Made by a program: the position numbers and the translations under genes
Virus record (IMG/VR): IMGVR_UViG_3300037608_000205
Location: 1 to 50,131 of that record
Length of the DNA stretch: 50,131 nt
Source of the DNA: a virus
Taxonomy: Duplodnaviria > Caudoviricetes
Direction: 5' to 3' (one strand)
In this document: piece after piece, positions 1-9,603 of the stretch
How positions within the stretch are numbered: position 1 is the stretch's first letter
Layout: every line of letters starts with the position of its first letter
Notes under the pieces: model-generated
Databases searched by the model: none
What the model saw: only the letters and a program-made list of their open reading frames with translations
Told to the model about the DNA's origin: nothing

Positions 1-1
1 C

Positions 2-1537
2 ATGACTTTTGACCACCACATGGTTTAGGGTGGCCGACCATAGCTTCTCATCAAAGGCTGTGATGAGCTTCTCCTGTTTTCTTAGGGTTTTCAGGAAGGC
101 TTTCATCAGGTTTCGCTTGGCCTTTTTCTGGTCGATGTCGCTTATGAGCGTCTGCAGCCTTTTTTGAAGGGTGTTGTGCTTTTCAGCTAAATGATTATAT
201 TTTTTTGCATAGTCAGTTTGATCGATGGTGGTTCTCGCGTTTTCCGCGATCAGCTTTTCAAGGGCGGTATGAAGCAGTTGCGACTTGACCTCTATTTGTT
301 TGATCTCTTTTTCCTCTTTTGAAAAGTTGGTGATCTTCTTGGTCAGATCATCGTAGCTATTTAGTATCTCTTCTTTATTGTCAATAAGACTGTTGAAGGC
401 TTCCACAAAAGCCTCCTTGATGACTTCTTCTTTCAGATGGGGTGTGGTGCACTTGGCTTTCCTTAAGAATTTGTTGTTGCACTGCCAGATGGTCTGGGCG
501 TACTTGGTGTTGGAGTGCCACACCTTTCTTCCGTAAAACCCACCGCAGTCTCCACAGGTGATCCGACTGGCCAAGCAGTTGATGGCGCTTGTGTACTTTC
601 CCGCCTTTTCCCTTCTTTTAAACTCCGCTTGCACCAGCTCGAAGGTTTCAGGCTCTATGATGGCTTCGTGGCTGTTCTCCACATAGTACTGAGGCACTTC
701 GCCTTCGTTTATCTTTTTCTTATTTGTTAAAAAATTAACGGTGTAAAATTTTTGCAATATGGCAGAACCGCGATACTTCTCATTCCGTAGAATGCTTTGA
801 ACGGTCGTCGCCTGCCATTTCTCTTTGCCTCCTGGTGTTGGGATCTTCTCTGTTGTCAGCATCTTGGCGATGCCTGAAGCGGTCTTTCCTTCCAGAAACA
901 ACCTGTAGATCTTTCTGATAATCTTGGCTTCCTTCTCGACGATTTTAGGCAGTCCGTCCTCGCCTTTCTTGTAGCCAAGAAACTGCTTGTAAGGCAGGCT
1001 AACCTTGCCGTCTGCAAACCGCTTGCGCTGGCCCCAGGTCACGTTCTCGCTAATGCTGCGAGATTCTTCTTGCGCGATCGAACTCATAATCGTGATTAAT
1101 AATTCACCTTTACTGTCCATTGTATAAATGTTTTCCTTCTCAAAATAGACCTCTACATTTTTTTCCTTTAGCTGTCTGACTGTTGTTAAGGTATCCACTG
1201 TGTTTCTCGCAAATCTCGAGACTGATTTAGTGAGTATCAAGTCTATACGACCTTCCACCGCATCCTTGATCATTGTGTTGAAGCCATTTCTTTTCTTGGT
1301 GCTTGTAGCTGATATTCCCTCGTCTGTATACACCTTTACAAAATCCCATTCTGGTTTATCCTGTATATGTTTTGTATAGTAATCAAGCTGGGCGTCAAAG
1401 CTTGTCTGCTGCTCGTCAAAGTCAGTCGATACCCTGGCATAGGCTGCTACTCTTTTCTTTGTTATGGATGCATTGTCTGTCTGGTTGAAGTTGTTTTTAT
1501 TGGCCGGTATGACTCTGACTTGTTTAGCCGTTTGCAT
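2..1537 (-). CDS. Large serine recombinase (partial, 3' end beyond window)
   Basis: Not in the ORF track because it is open at the edge. Manual translation from ATG 1537 (RBS AAGGAG) gives MQTAKQVRVIP...KRVAAYARVST (catalytic Ser), TKSVSRFARNT, recombinase domain, CGDCG zinc ribbon and coiled coil. Confidence 0.92.
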   Translation of the reverse strand, partial: MQTAKQVRVIPANKNNFNQTDNASITKKRVAAYARVSTDFDEQQTSFDAQLDYYTKHIQDKPEWDFVKVYTDEGISATSTKKRNGFNTMIKDAVEGRIDLILTKSVSRFARNTVDTLTTVRQLKEKNVEVYFEKENIYTMDSKGELLITIMSSIAQEESRSISENVTWGQRKRFADGKVSLPYKQFLGYKKGEDGLPKIVEKEAKIIRKIYRLFLEGKTASGIAKMLTTEKIPTPGGKEKWQATTVQSILRNEKYRGSAILQKFYTVNFLTNKKKINEGEVPQYYVENSHEAIIEPETFELVQAEFKRREKAGKYTSAINCLASRITCGDCGGFYGRKVWHSNTKYAQTIWQCNNKFLRKAKCTTPHLKEEVIKEAFVEAFNSLIDNKEEILNSYDDLTKKITNFSKEEKEIKQIEVKSQLLHTALEKLIAENARTTIDQTDYAKKYNHLAEKHNTLQKRLQTLISDIDQKKAKRNLMKAFLKTLRKQEKLITAFDEKLWSATLNHVVVKSH

Positions 1538-2840
1538 AGGTCATCTCCTTACACTTTTCGAGGCTTTTTTCTCTGGCCCTCTCTCTTGCTTCAATACTCC
1601 AGCTCCCACTTCTTGATTGATGCTTCCATGTTTTCTTGATCTGTGTACCATCATACATGTCAAAATTGATCTCAAAAGGTCCGGAAATGATTATTTCCCT
1701 GATCTTCTTGTCAAAATCCGTCTCGCTAAAGTAATCAGTTTCAAGGACCTCACTTGTTTTTTCAACGAGAATCCTCTCAGGTATTTGACCTGCTGGACAA
1801 GCTTCCTTGCCAAAATGAAGGTAGGTGCCGCAGCCCCAATAGACTCTTCCGTGGTTTGCTTTTCTGTTGAAGCGCTTTCCACACATGCCGCATGATACTC
1901 TTCCAGTGAAGCAGTAACTGGAAGTGTTCTTTTTCGAAGTATAGTACTGAGCGTTTTCAGCGAGCTTTTCTTGAACCTTTCTGAAATCATCCCTGTCGAT
2001 GATGGCGGGATGGCTGTCCTCAACATAATACTGAGGCAATTCTCCTTTGTTCTTTACCAACAGCTTCTTCAAATGATCCAACACATGTTTTTTTTGCAGG
2101 AGCGAGTCACCGATGTATTTTTCATTTTTCAGAAGCTCCGCAACCCTTTCAGAGGTCCAAGTTCCGCCTCTTGGCCTTTTTACTTTCATGTTCCTAATCT
2201 TCTTGGCTATGGCAAAGGTCCCCATGCCTTCCAAATAGTCCGTGTAAATCATTCGCACTATCCTTGCTTCCGTTTCATTGATGGCGATATCCTTATTATC
2301 AATATCGTAGCCATACATAAAACTGAAATTGACCAGCTCCCCTGCGGCAAAACGCTTGCGGATTCGCCATTTGCAGTTCTCGCTTACCGAATGGCTTTCC
2401 GCCTGGGCAAAAGAAGCGAGGATAGAGAGCATCAGCTCACCATCCCCGCTTATGGAATGAATATTCTCTTTCTCAAAGTACACATCCACATTGAGCTCTT
2501 TCAGTTCCCTTACCACCTCCAGCAAGGTCAGCGTGTTTCTTGCAAACCTAGATATGGATTTGGTGATGATCATATCCACTCTTTTATTCCTGCATTCTTC
2601 TAGTAGCTTCTGAAACTGCTCCCTCTCAGTTTTGGTGCCGCTGATGGCCTTGTCGGCATACACGCCGGCATACTCCCATTTTGGATTGTTTTGAATCAGC
2701 TGGCTGTAGTAACTGATTTGCGCCGAGAGAGAATGCAGCATGGCGTCCTTGCCGCTTGAGACTCTGGCATAGGCCGCCACTTTTTTTCTCATGATGGTCT
2801 TTGGTCTTGGCGCGTTGATTTCTCTTATTGTCCTACCCAC
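1524..2840 (-). CDS. Large serine recombinase
   Basis: VAAYARVSS catalytic motif, TKSISRFARNT, CGMCG zinc ribbon. GTG start at 2840 chosen for RBS GGAAGGAGG; overlaps the downstream recombinase by 14 nt. Confidence 0.93.
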   Translation of the reverse strand: MGRTIREINAPRPKTIMRKKVAAYARVSSGKDAMLHSLSAQISYYSQLIQNNPKWEYAGVYADKAISGTKTEREQFQKLLEECRNKRVDMIITKSISRFARNTLTLLEVVRELKELNVDVYFEKENIHSISGDGELMLSILASFAQAESHSVSENCKWRIRKRFAAGELVNFSFMYGYDIDNKDIAINETEARIVRMIYTDYLEGMGTFAIAKKIRNMKVKRPRGGTWTSERVAELLKNEKYIGDSLLQKKHVLDHLKKLLVKNKGELPQYYVEDSHPAIIDRDDFRKVQEKLAENAQYYTSKKNTSSYCFTGRVSCGMCGKRFNRKANHGRVYWGCGTYLHFGKEACPAGQIPERILVEKTSEVLETDYFSETDFDKKIREIIISGPFEINFDMYDGTQIKKTWKHQSRSGSWSIEARERAREKSLEKCKEMTYANG

Positions 2841-2859
2841 TGTCAACCCTCCTTCCATC

Positions 2860-2893
2860 ACGATGTTAACTCTGATTTTGACACATAGCAAGT
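2860..2893 (-). promoter_or_regulatory. Putative promoter/operator upstream of recombinases (motif shared with 26873-26906 and 27337-27370)
   Basis: Minus strand ACTTGCTAT-N11-AGAGTTAACAT; TTGCTA-17bp-TAACAT spacing. Confidence 0.5.
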
Positions 2894-2902
2894 TATATAA
2901 CG

Positions 2903-3058
2903 CTACAAACCCCCTATGATTGGCTTATATTTTCCAATCAGGATCGCTTTGATTTTACCGTATTCCTTGCTGTCGATAAGGCCTTCTTCCAGCATGGTCT
3001 TGGCGATGCAAAGGGAAGCCTGGTAGTTCTTTTCCCGTTCAAACTGGGCTTGGTTCAT
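2903..3058 (-). CDS. Small SHOCT-like protein associated with recombinase pair
   Basis: MNQAQFEREKNYQ...MLEEGLIDSKEY (51 aa, SHOCT-like GLI-x-x-x-EY). RBS GGAG upstream; ORF-track start at 3235 judged too long. Confidence 0.65.
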   Translation of the reverse strand: MNQAQFEREKNYQASLCIAKTMLEEGLIDSKEYGKIKAILIGKYKPIIGGL

Positions 3059-3473
3059 TGCCTTCTCTCCTTCCAAACCGGGACTTGATATAGCAGGCAT
3101 GGGAGCAAAACTTTCGGTCCCTGTTGCCATAGCTTTCGAACGTAACACCGCACCCGTCGCATTTGATGGTATAGTATGCTTTTCCTGTTTGTTGATCTTG
3201 GTTCTCTTGCCACCAGTCCCTGCGGCATTTCTCACTGCAGAATTTTTTCGGTTTTCCTCGCAAAACTTGTATTAACGCTTTGCCGCATTGTTTGCAGTGG
3301 GTGTTTTGCTCATTGAAGTCTTCTTTTGCGGGTTCTTTTTTATCGGCTAAGCCGTTTCGTCTGCAGTAGGACTTGATGGTATTGACTGAAACATCAAGCA
3401 CCTTGCTGATTTCAGAATAAGCAAGGCCATTGTTCCGATGTCTCGCCACTTGTTCTTTTTCTTCTTTTGTCAT
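3039..3473 (-). CDS. HTH (sigma70 region 4-like) plus Cys-rich zinc-finger protein
   Basis: YSEISKVLDVSVNTIKSYCRR HTH; CKQC, FCSEKC, CDGC, FCSHAC; RBS GAGGAGG. Confidence 0.75.
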   Translation of the reverse strand: MTKEEKEQVARHRNNGLAYSEISKVLDVSVNTIKSYCRRNGLADKKEPAKEDFNEQNTHCKQCGKALIQVLRGKPKKFCSEKCRRDWWQENQDQQTGKAYYTIKCDGCGVTFESYGNRDRKFCSHACYIKSRFGRREGNEPSPV

Positions 3474-3514
3474 AATGACCTCCTCTTAAACAAATGGAAG
3501 CGCTTATTGATCAC

Positions 3515-3751
3515 CTACAGCTTGTCGATCTCGGAAAGAGACTCTTGGTTTTGAACCCTTGCCGCATCCACGATGCCCTCGCCAATGATATAGGCAATCA
3601 ATACACTCGATGCGGAGATCATAGCTATCACCTGCTCGATGGTCATCTCATCCACTTTAAAGACCATTAAAATAGCGGTGACAAACCCAGTCACCGCCGC
3701 CCAGAACTTTCTTGATGTCAGCTTCTGTTTCCAATTTATTTTATCCATCAT
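3515..3751 (-). CDS. Small holin-like membrane protein
   Basis: INWKQKLTSRKFW motif plus two hydrophobic segments; directly downstream of the endolysin. Confidence 0.7.
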   Translation of the reverse strand: MMDKINWKQKLTSRKFWAAVTGFVTAILMVFKVDEMTIEQVIAMISASSVLIAYIIGEGIVDAARVQNQESLSEIDKL

Positions 3752-3753
3752 TA

Positions 3754-4491
3754 TCACTCTCCTGTCAGCCTGTCCATCAGGATGGTGTTTAGCCACACCA
3801 GCTCATGGACAGTGATCTCTTTTTTCCGTATCTTTTCTCGCCACAAGGCACTCGTAATGATGCCCTTGTTCTCCAATTCCTCTATGGACTTATAAAGCAG
3901 TTCCCATTGCCAGGACTCTTTTAGTTTAAGTTTCATCTCTTCCATCCTTTCTCTCACTTTTTCTTTGAAGCTGTTCCATTCCTTCGGGTTGTTGACAAAC
4001 CAGCGATGGCAATCTTTCCATCCTACAACTTCTTTATGGAGCCAGAGCGGTCTTTCAGCCTCCTCTAGACCAAATTCCATGATCAGATCAGCGCATCTGC
4101 TGATAAGTGTTTCATAAGTCTTGTCCGCCATCTGCCCGTCATAGGCGATGTGGGTGCACTCGATACCATAGGTGCAGTTGTTGGGATAGGTGCTTAGATA
4201 ATCAAGAGCTTCTTTTGTGTAGGGGTTTGGGCTTCCCGCATGATAGGCTATTTCATTTTCCGGGATGCAGACCACCACATCTCCGTTCAGATCAATGATT
4301 TCGTGGGCCGACCCGTAGCCTTTTGTCCCGTTTTTTCTGTTTTCAAAAAAGTTTCTGTTGGCAGCGGCTGTCGAATTTCTGTTGGCTACCCAGTGGATGA
4401 CAATGCCCTTTACCGTGTCAATCTTCATGCCCGGTCGCGAATAAGGGTTGATGGTCAATAGGTTTTGTATCACCTTATATGCTGTCGTCAT
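3754..4491 (-). CDS. Endolysin, N-acetylmuramoyl-L-alanine amidase (Amidase_2 type)
   Basis: IVIHWVA, SAHEIID, IAYHAG, YGIEC, LHKEVVGWKDC Zn-amidase motifs. Confidence 0.88.
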   Translation of the reverse strand: MTTAYKVIQNLLTINPYSRPGMKIDTVKGIVIHWVANRNSTAAANRNFFENRKNGTKGYGSAHEIIDLNGDVVVCIPENEIAYHAGSPNPYTKEALDYLSTYPNNCTYGIECTHIAYDGQMADKTYETLISRCADLIMEFGLEEAERPLWLHKEVVGWKDCHRWFVNNPKEWNSFKEKVRERMEEMKLKLKESWQWELLYKSIEELENKGIITSALWREKIRKKEITVHELVWLNTILMDRLTGE

Positions 4492-4999
4492 TGTTTTCTT
4501 CTCCTTTTTCTTCCTCCAAATCCTTCATCAGATGATGGTTCTTTTTCCTGGCAAACAGTAAAAGCCACTGGAGATCAGCTCCGGCTTCGCATAGATTCTC
4601 GATGTTCGATTGAAATTCCCGCATAAACATGACGGAATAAACGAAGGAGGCGAGTAGAATACCGGCTTCCTTTAAAAAGATTACCCTGTAGCTAAGGCCT
4701 GTCAGCAAAGTCACTGTTAGATAAGAGAATATCTTCACCTCGGTTCCCTGCCAAAGAGACTTGGAAAACAGCTTGCCTGATTTGACAGCTTTTCTGTAAC
4801 CGTCGTTTACCTTTATAATCGCATAGATTTTTGTGACAATATCCATCGTAGAGGCGATGATGACCGCTATCAGGGCTAGAAAATATGCCCTTTCCGGAAA
4901 GAATAGATAGGATATCAGTCCCACTATGGATCCGTATAAAGGCTTAAGCCCTGTAAAGGCTTTTAAGATATAGTCGATTGTTCTTTCAAGCAAGTCCAT
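4475..4999 (-). CDS. Phage holin (multi-TM)
   Basis: Several hydrophobic helices, C-terminal REFQSNIENL motif, immediately upstream of the amidase. Start at 4999 after GGAGGTG. Confidence 0.72.
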   Translation of the reverse strand: MDLLERTIDYILKAFTGLKPLYGSIVGLISYLFFPERAYFLALIAVIIASTMDIVTKIYAIIKVNDGYRKAVKSGKLFSKSLWQGTEVKIFSYLTVTLLTGLSYRVIFLKEAGILLASFVYSVMFMREFQSNIENLCEAGADLQWLLLFARKKNHHLMKDLEEEKGEENNDDSI

Positions 5000-5106
5000 T
5001 GAATCAATCACCTCCTCGGTTGTCGCATCATTCAATGCTGTTGATCATATATGCTGTCATGAGAGGTCTATTATTAGAAAATCCTTCTAATGTAGTTAAT
5101 AGTCCC

Positions 5107-5463
5107 TTACTGTTCCTTCACTTGAAGACCGGCTAGCTCTGAAACCAGCCTTTCAACCTCCGCCAGCCTTTGCTCCACTGTTTTTGTCTTTTCACCATCT
5201 ATGAGAGGTCTTTCCATATAGCTTTCTCCGCCAACCGCAATGGCAAAAGTCTCAAGACCGGCAATACGCTCCTCAAGTGTCGGTTCAACTTTCATCATTT
5301 TTTCTTTTTCGACAAAGCCCTTCTTGTCGCTGTCGTAGCTGTACAGGTCTATGTTCAGTGCAACATCTACGTCCACCTCAACCCCGTCTTTAAAAGGTGG
5401 TGCGTCATATCCGATGACCCTTTCTTTCACGACACCATTTTCAACCCTGATAAATGCTTTCAT
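5107..5463 (-). CDS. Hypothetical tail-associated protein (possible fibre chaperone)
   Basis: Follows the fibre gene; PTLEERIAGLE and TVEQRLAEVE coiled-coil repeats; RBS GGAGG. Confidence 0.55.
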   Translation of the reverse strand: MKAFIRVENGVVKERVIGYDAPPFKDGVEVDVDVALNIDLYSYDSDKKGFVEKEKMMKVEPTLEERIAGLETFAIAVGGESYMERPLIDGEKTKTVEQRLAEVERLVSELAGLQVKEQ

Positions 5464-5478
5464 AGGTAAGCCCCTCCT

Positions 5479-7089
5479 TTATAGCTGATTAAACAAAACA
5501 AGACCGGAAGTACCATCCGATCCATCCCTGGCGCTGCTTGTCTTTGCACCAATGCCACCACTTACGTTTTTAACTGAGGAATCCGTAACAGCAAAGAGAT
5601 ACATCAACCCACCGCCACCGCCACCGCCATGCCCCGCCAAAATTCCCTCTGTACCGTTACCGCCTGTGGCTGCAATCGTAATGGCAGGGATGGCGTTATG
5701 GGAATAGAGCACAAGTGCCCCTGCGCCGCCACCACCGATGCCCGGTGAATTTCCGTAGGAAGAACCGCTATTTGGCCCACCAGCACCGCCATTTCCAGCA
5801 GCTCCCGCACCACCCCCGCCGCCTGGCCTATTCTGGTTGTTTCCTCTGTAGTAGCCCCCGTGACCCGCTCCGAGGTATGTTTTCCCGGGTTGAAACAAGG
5901 AGTGCAGAAAAGTGGACAGGCGAAGATTAGCGAGATAAGTTATACCGGGTGTTCCGGATGTAGTGATATTTGAATCTGCTGTATTGATGGTGCCACTTTC
6001 TATGATTTCACTATAAAAGCTTCCGTCCTTTCTTGTAGCTGTCACAAAAGTTGCTGAGCCGATGGCGTTTGTACCGCTGATATCAATTGTCCCTGTTCCG
6101 GTGATGTTGGATGCCAATATCAGAAATATGGCGCCGCCATGGCCTGCCTCTTCAACACCTACCGTCTTGACCGGGCCTTTCACCCCTAAGCCCTTTCCAT
6201 CCAGCTTGCCATTCAAAGTCAGCGACCCCTTCACAATGAGTATTTGACAGCCCTTTCCGGCAGGAGGCGTTACCGTTACACCTGCATTGATGGTAAGGGA
6301 ATCGCATACTATGAAATCCGATGGAAACTCTCCGCTTGATGAAAAGGTCAAATCACCGTGTGTATTGATAAACCTCAATCCATCGAACAGCTTGATATAT
6401 TCATAGCTCAGGCTTCCGTTATAGACTGGCAAGCTAAGCTTTCCCATCTCGTTATTGTCTATAATACTCATCAAAGTGGGATTGGCCTCGATATCCGCTA
6501 TCTCCTGTGCTTTGAGTTGGTCTTTAAACAATGTGTATTTCCAGACATCTATGGGAATATCGCCCCCGGGATACCACGCCGGCTTTGCCCTGTATCTGAA
6601 ATACCCGCATAACTCTTCGCTGCCTCTCTCATCGGTGATCGCACCAGCGGTTATCGTTGAAAACCCATTGGCAAGATAAATTTGCGCCAGTGAATACTCC
6701 CATGAAGAACTGTTTTGGACCAGATCGGGTGGGCTTGGGCTTTCTGCAGCAGATCCTTGTTTGACTGCCAGCTCTATTTTTCTGCTTGATAGATTTAGCC
6801 TTACCGCAATCCGGTCGATTCTTGGCTGTCCGCTGGTGTTGTCTGCTACCGACAAGTTTGTAACATCCGTCAACACCCTCATGGCGCCATTTATAAAAAT
6901 AGCCCCTGTGTCCACATACACCGTCTTGTTGGGAGTGGACTGAGGCCAGACTTTTAGCTCGTTTCCGATATCCCCAATGATGCCATCCTCCAAAAGCGAA
7001 CTAAAATACAGCCGCCAGTCCAAGGCGCTGTAGGCCCTGTCTCCCACCTGAGAGGTGAAAGGCATTCCAAAGTCGTTAATATTGCTCAC
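5479..7089 (-). CDS. Baseplate/tail fibre protein with glycine-rich C-terminal domain
   Basis: N-terminal PRIDRIAVRL...YSLAQI baseplate-type domain; C-terminal GGGGG tracts; position after Dit and the gp37-like gene. Confidence 0.7.
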   Translation of the reverse strand: MSNINDFGMPFTSQVGDRAYSALDWRLYFSSLLEDGIIGDIGNELKVWPQSTPNKTVYVDTGAIFINGAMRVLTDVTNLSVADNTSGQPRIDRIAVRLNLSSRKIELAVKQGSAAESPSPPDLVQNSSSWEYSLAQIYLANGFSTITAGAITDERGSEELCGYFRYRAKPAWYPGGDIPIDVWKYTLFKDQLKAQEIADIEANPTLMSIIDNNEMGKLSLPVYNGSLSYEYIKLFDGLRFINTHGDLTFSSSGEFPSDFIVCDSLTINAGVTVTPPAGKGCQILIVKGSLTLNGKLDGKGLGVKGPVKTVGVEEAGHGGAIFLILASNITGTGTIDISGTNAIGSATFVTATRKDGSFYSEIIESGTINTADSNITTSGTPGITYLANLRLSTFLHSLFQPGKTYLGAGHGGYYRGNNQNRPGGGGGAGAAGNGGAGGPNSGSSYGNSPGIGGGGAGALVLYSHNAIPAITIAATGGNGTEGILAGHGGGGGGGLMYLFAVTDSSVKNVSGGIGAKTSSARDGSDGTSGLVLFNQL

Positions 7090-7102
7090 TGTATTTTCCT
7101 CC

Positions 7103-8719
7103 CTAGTATTTAATCATCCATCTCATCGTCAGATAAGGCTGCAGATTGTTATGGGCTTCTCCGCCACCCGTAGTTAACGCACCATCCTTCAATGTCACAT
7201 TAAATGTATCCTCTGATGCCACAGCACCTGTTCCGCCGTCTGGTGTTGTGTCGCTGTCCATCTTGATGTCATGGGTATGGGGCGGCATCTGTGCAACTGT
7301 CAGGACATGTGTTTTCGCTCCACCCGTTTGTCCAATTGATGCAAATTCCGTTTGAGCGCTGTCCACACCCGCAAGTACCCTGCCACGAAAATCTGGCAAC
7401 CCGAAGGTTGTGCTGCCATCTCCCGCCCCGTAGGTGGTCCCGATGGCGGTAAAAAGACCGGCGTATTGAATCCGGCTGATGCTTGCGCCATCGCATTCGA
7501 GCCATCCTTCTGGAATGACCATCGACGCGAAAGCCACTACAATGCCCGCTGGCGAAGCAGTCTGGCTTTTGATTTGCGCGGAGCTCCAGGTGGCATTTAC
7601 GGACACCTTTTCATCGTCAATTTTGGTAGTGGCTGAAGCGAGGGAGGAAATCCGGTTGGAGAGTTTGCTGATGGCTTTTCCCAGGGTTTTCTCCGGTGCA
7701 CCGAATACTGGCTTGACGGTGATAAGCCCTTGTTCGTATATTTCCCTTACCTCTTTGATTTGCAGATGCAAAACACTGTCCTTATCGATAACGACCGTGA
7801 CAAAATCCCCCAGGTCGTAATCCCTTTCATATTGAAACTGCCGGCTTAACGCCTCGAATTCAAAGCTGTTGACAGCCGCCGCATCGGAGAGGGCTTGGCA
7901 ACCCCGCTCGGAAAGCTCACTCACCGTTCCCACATCCTGGGCGTCCACAAAGACTTCCTTTCGCCTGCCTCCCCCGGTCTGATCGACCTCCACAAAAATC
8001 CTGGTGGTACCGTCTCCTTTTCCACCAATATAGGCTACAGTTTTTGCTGAGCCGATGTCTGTCACTTTTCTAAAGCCCGCGATGTTGCCGTATCGCAGTC
8101 CAAAGAGAATCCGGTTGTTGATGCTTTGTTCTGAGGTTCTATTAATCCCTTCAAGGACGGTAAAGACAAAGCAGTTGCTCTCCAAATCAAGCTCAATCCG
8201 CCATCCAAGATCCTCCGGCAGAAGGACCCTTGTGATCTCATCCGATAGGGGTGCAAATCGGCTCTGCTCGGTGATGGTTTCCCCGAAGCCTCCTGCTTCT
8301 GAAAGAATTATTGGATACTGCGCTCTGGCTGGATTGTCCGGCTCGATGCAGTTTTGCTCTACCCAATACCGTACGACTTGTTCTCTGGAGCCGGTCCTTA
8401 TATCCGTATCCTCTCCGCTTGGCGGTAGGGTGATATAGTCATGGAGCAGAACATTGAGGTGGTTGGCTGTTATATTGTAGCGCATCACGCTCCCGGATAG
8501 GGTTGTTTCGATGTGCTCCACGATAAATGCCTTGTTATATTCGCGGTCAAACCAAACAATATCGTTCTCGCTGATTAAGCCTGCGTTTGGAATCTCCTCA
8601 CTGATGACTAACTCAAGGGATCCGATCCCGTTAAAGACCCGCTTGATGATGGCGCTTTGATAGCCTCTTAGCGCCGCCTTATAGTTGAAATCCAAATTCA
8701 TGACATGTAATGTCTTCAT
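7103..8719 (-). CDS. Siphovirus gp37-like (ReqiPepy6-type) tail protein fused to tail-collar domain
   Basis: YERDYDLGDFVTV motif; C-terminal PAGIVVAFA...GWLECDG...TTFGLPDFRGR...HNNLQPY tail-collar signature. Confidence 0.8.
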   Translation of the reverse strand: MKTLHVMNLDFNYKAALRGYQSAIIKRVFNGIGSLELVISEEIPNAGLISENDIVWFDREYNKAFIVEHIETTLSGSVMRYNITANHLNVLLHDYITLPPSGEDTDIRTGSREQVVRYWVEQNCIEPDNPARAQYPIILSEAGGFGETITEQSRFAPLSDEITRVLLPEDLGWRIELDLESNCFVFTVLEGINRTSEQSINNRILFGLRYGNIAGFRKVTDIGSAKTVAYIGGKGDGTTRIFVEVDQTGGGRRKEVFVDAQDVGTVSELSERGCQALSDAAAVNSFEFEALSRQFQYERDYDLGDFVTVVIDKDSVLHLQIKEVREIYEQGLITVKPVFGAPEKTLGKAISKLSNRISSLASATTKIDDEKVSVNATWSSAQIKSQTASPAGIVVAFASMVIPEGWLECDGASISRIQYAGLFTAIGTTYGAGDGSTTFGLPDFRGRVLAGVDSAQTEFASIGQTGGAKTHVLTVAQMPPHTHDIKMDSDTTPDGGTGAVASEDTFNVTLKDGALTTGGGEAHNNLQPYLTMRWMIKY

Positions 8720-9592
8720 CTATATTCCCACCCATCTTTGTTTGAATCGAAGAATGGCTTCCTCCACCTCCGCTTCGCCGGCTGATATCTTTAAAGTGGT
8801 GGCGCCTCTTGGCAGTCTGAAAAATGTTGTTTGGGCCACATCGATGTATTGGAAAGCCACGGTGCTTTCGCCTGTTACCAAATCTTCCTTGATGACATTG
8901 ATATCATCGATGCCTGTTGTGATGGTCAGCCGCTCGTTCTCCAACAGACTGAGCGCCAGAACGATTTTTTCTCCGGTGCCCATGTTCTCAATGGTCAAGG
9001 GGCTGTTCTTGGGACCATCGAGAACGATTGCGATAGGACAATCCACATCGCCGCTGTTGGTCACGACAATCCCTGCTGTATTGATATAGTCAAAAACAAA
9101 ACTGTCATATAGATTCACAGGGAAAGCGAGACAGTTATCTCCGGTGGTTATCGAGGCCTCCAGATACGCCTCATCGGTGAAATACGGATCAAACACCTCA
9201 AAAATGACCGATGTCACCTGATAGGACATTCCTCTTGACGGGGCTCCCGGCAAAGTCGGCAGCATTCTTGTTTTCACCTTGTTGAGAACATAGGTCTTAC
9301 CGTTTCTTTCGTAGGATAGCTTTCCCAGACCGAGCTTTGGATTCAGCACACTGTTTAAGTGGCGAAGTCCTTCATCAAGCGTATCAGAGACCACCACAAA
9401 CTTAACCTTGACGGTTCTTGCGGTAAAGTAGGCCTCTCCCACAGAGGTCACGCCATCCTGGTAGGGGCTTGAGGAAGTCATGAAATCCGCCTCTACGCCT
9501 CCGAGATCATCCACTTCAAGCCATCTGTAGACGCCACTTTCATCGAAGATGATTGTCTGTTCTATGGCGTTTGTAAAAATCAATCGTTCCAA
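8720..9592 (-). CDS. Distal tail protein (Dit)
   Basis: Directly after the tape measure gene; PYQDG, FDPYF, VTNSGDVDCP motifs. Confidence 0.8.
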   Translation of the reverse strand: MERLIFTNAIEQTIIFDESGVYRWLEVDDLGGVEADFMTSSSPYQDGVTSVGEAYFTARTVKVKFVVVSDTLDEGLRHLNSVLNPKLGLGKLSYERNGKTYVLNKVKTRMLPTLPGAPSRGMSYQVTSVIFEVFDPYFTDEAYLEASITTGDNCLAFPVNLYDSFVFDYINTAGIVVTNSGDVDCPIAIVLDGPKNSPLTIENMGTGEKIVLALSLLENERLTITTGIDDINVIKEDLVTGESTVAFQYIDVAQTTFFRLPRGATTLKISAGEAEVEEAILRFKQRWVGI

Positions 9593-9603
9593 AAAACCAC
9601 CTC

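Noticed and set aside
5479-8719. Diversity-generating retroelement or invertible tail-fibre shufflon
   Set aside because: No reverse transcriptase, no template/variable repeat pair and no inverted fibre cassettes seen; the recombinases are large integrase-type.
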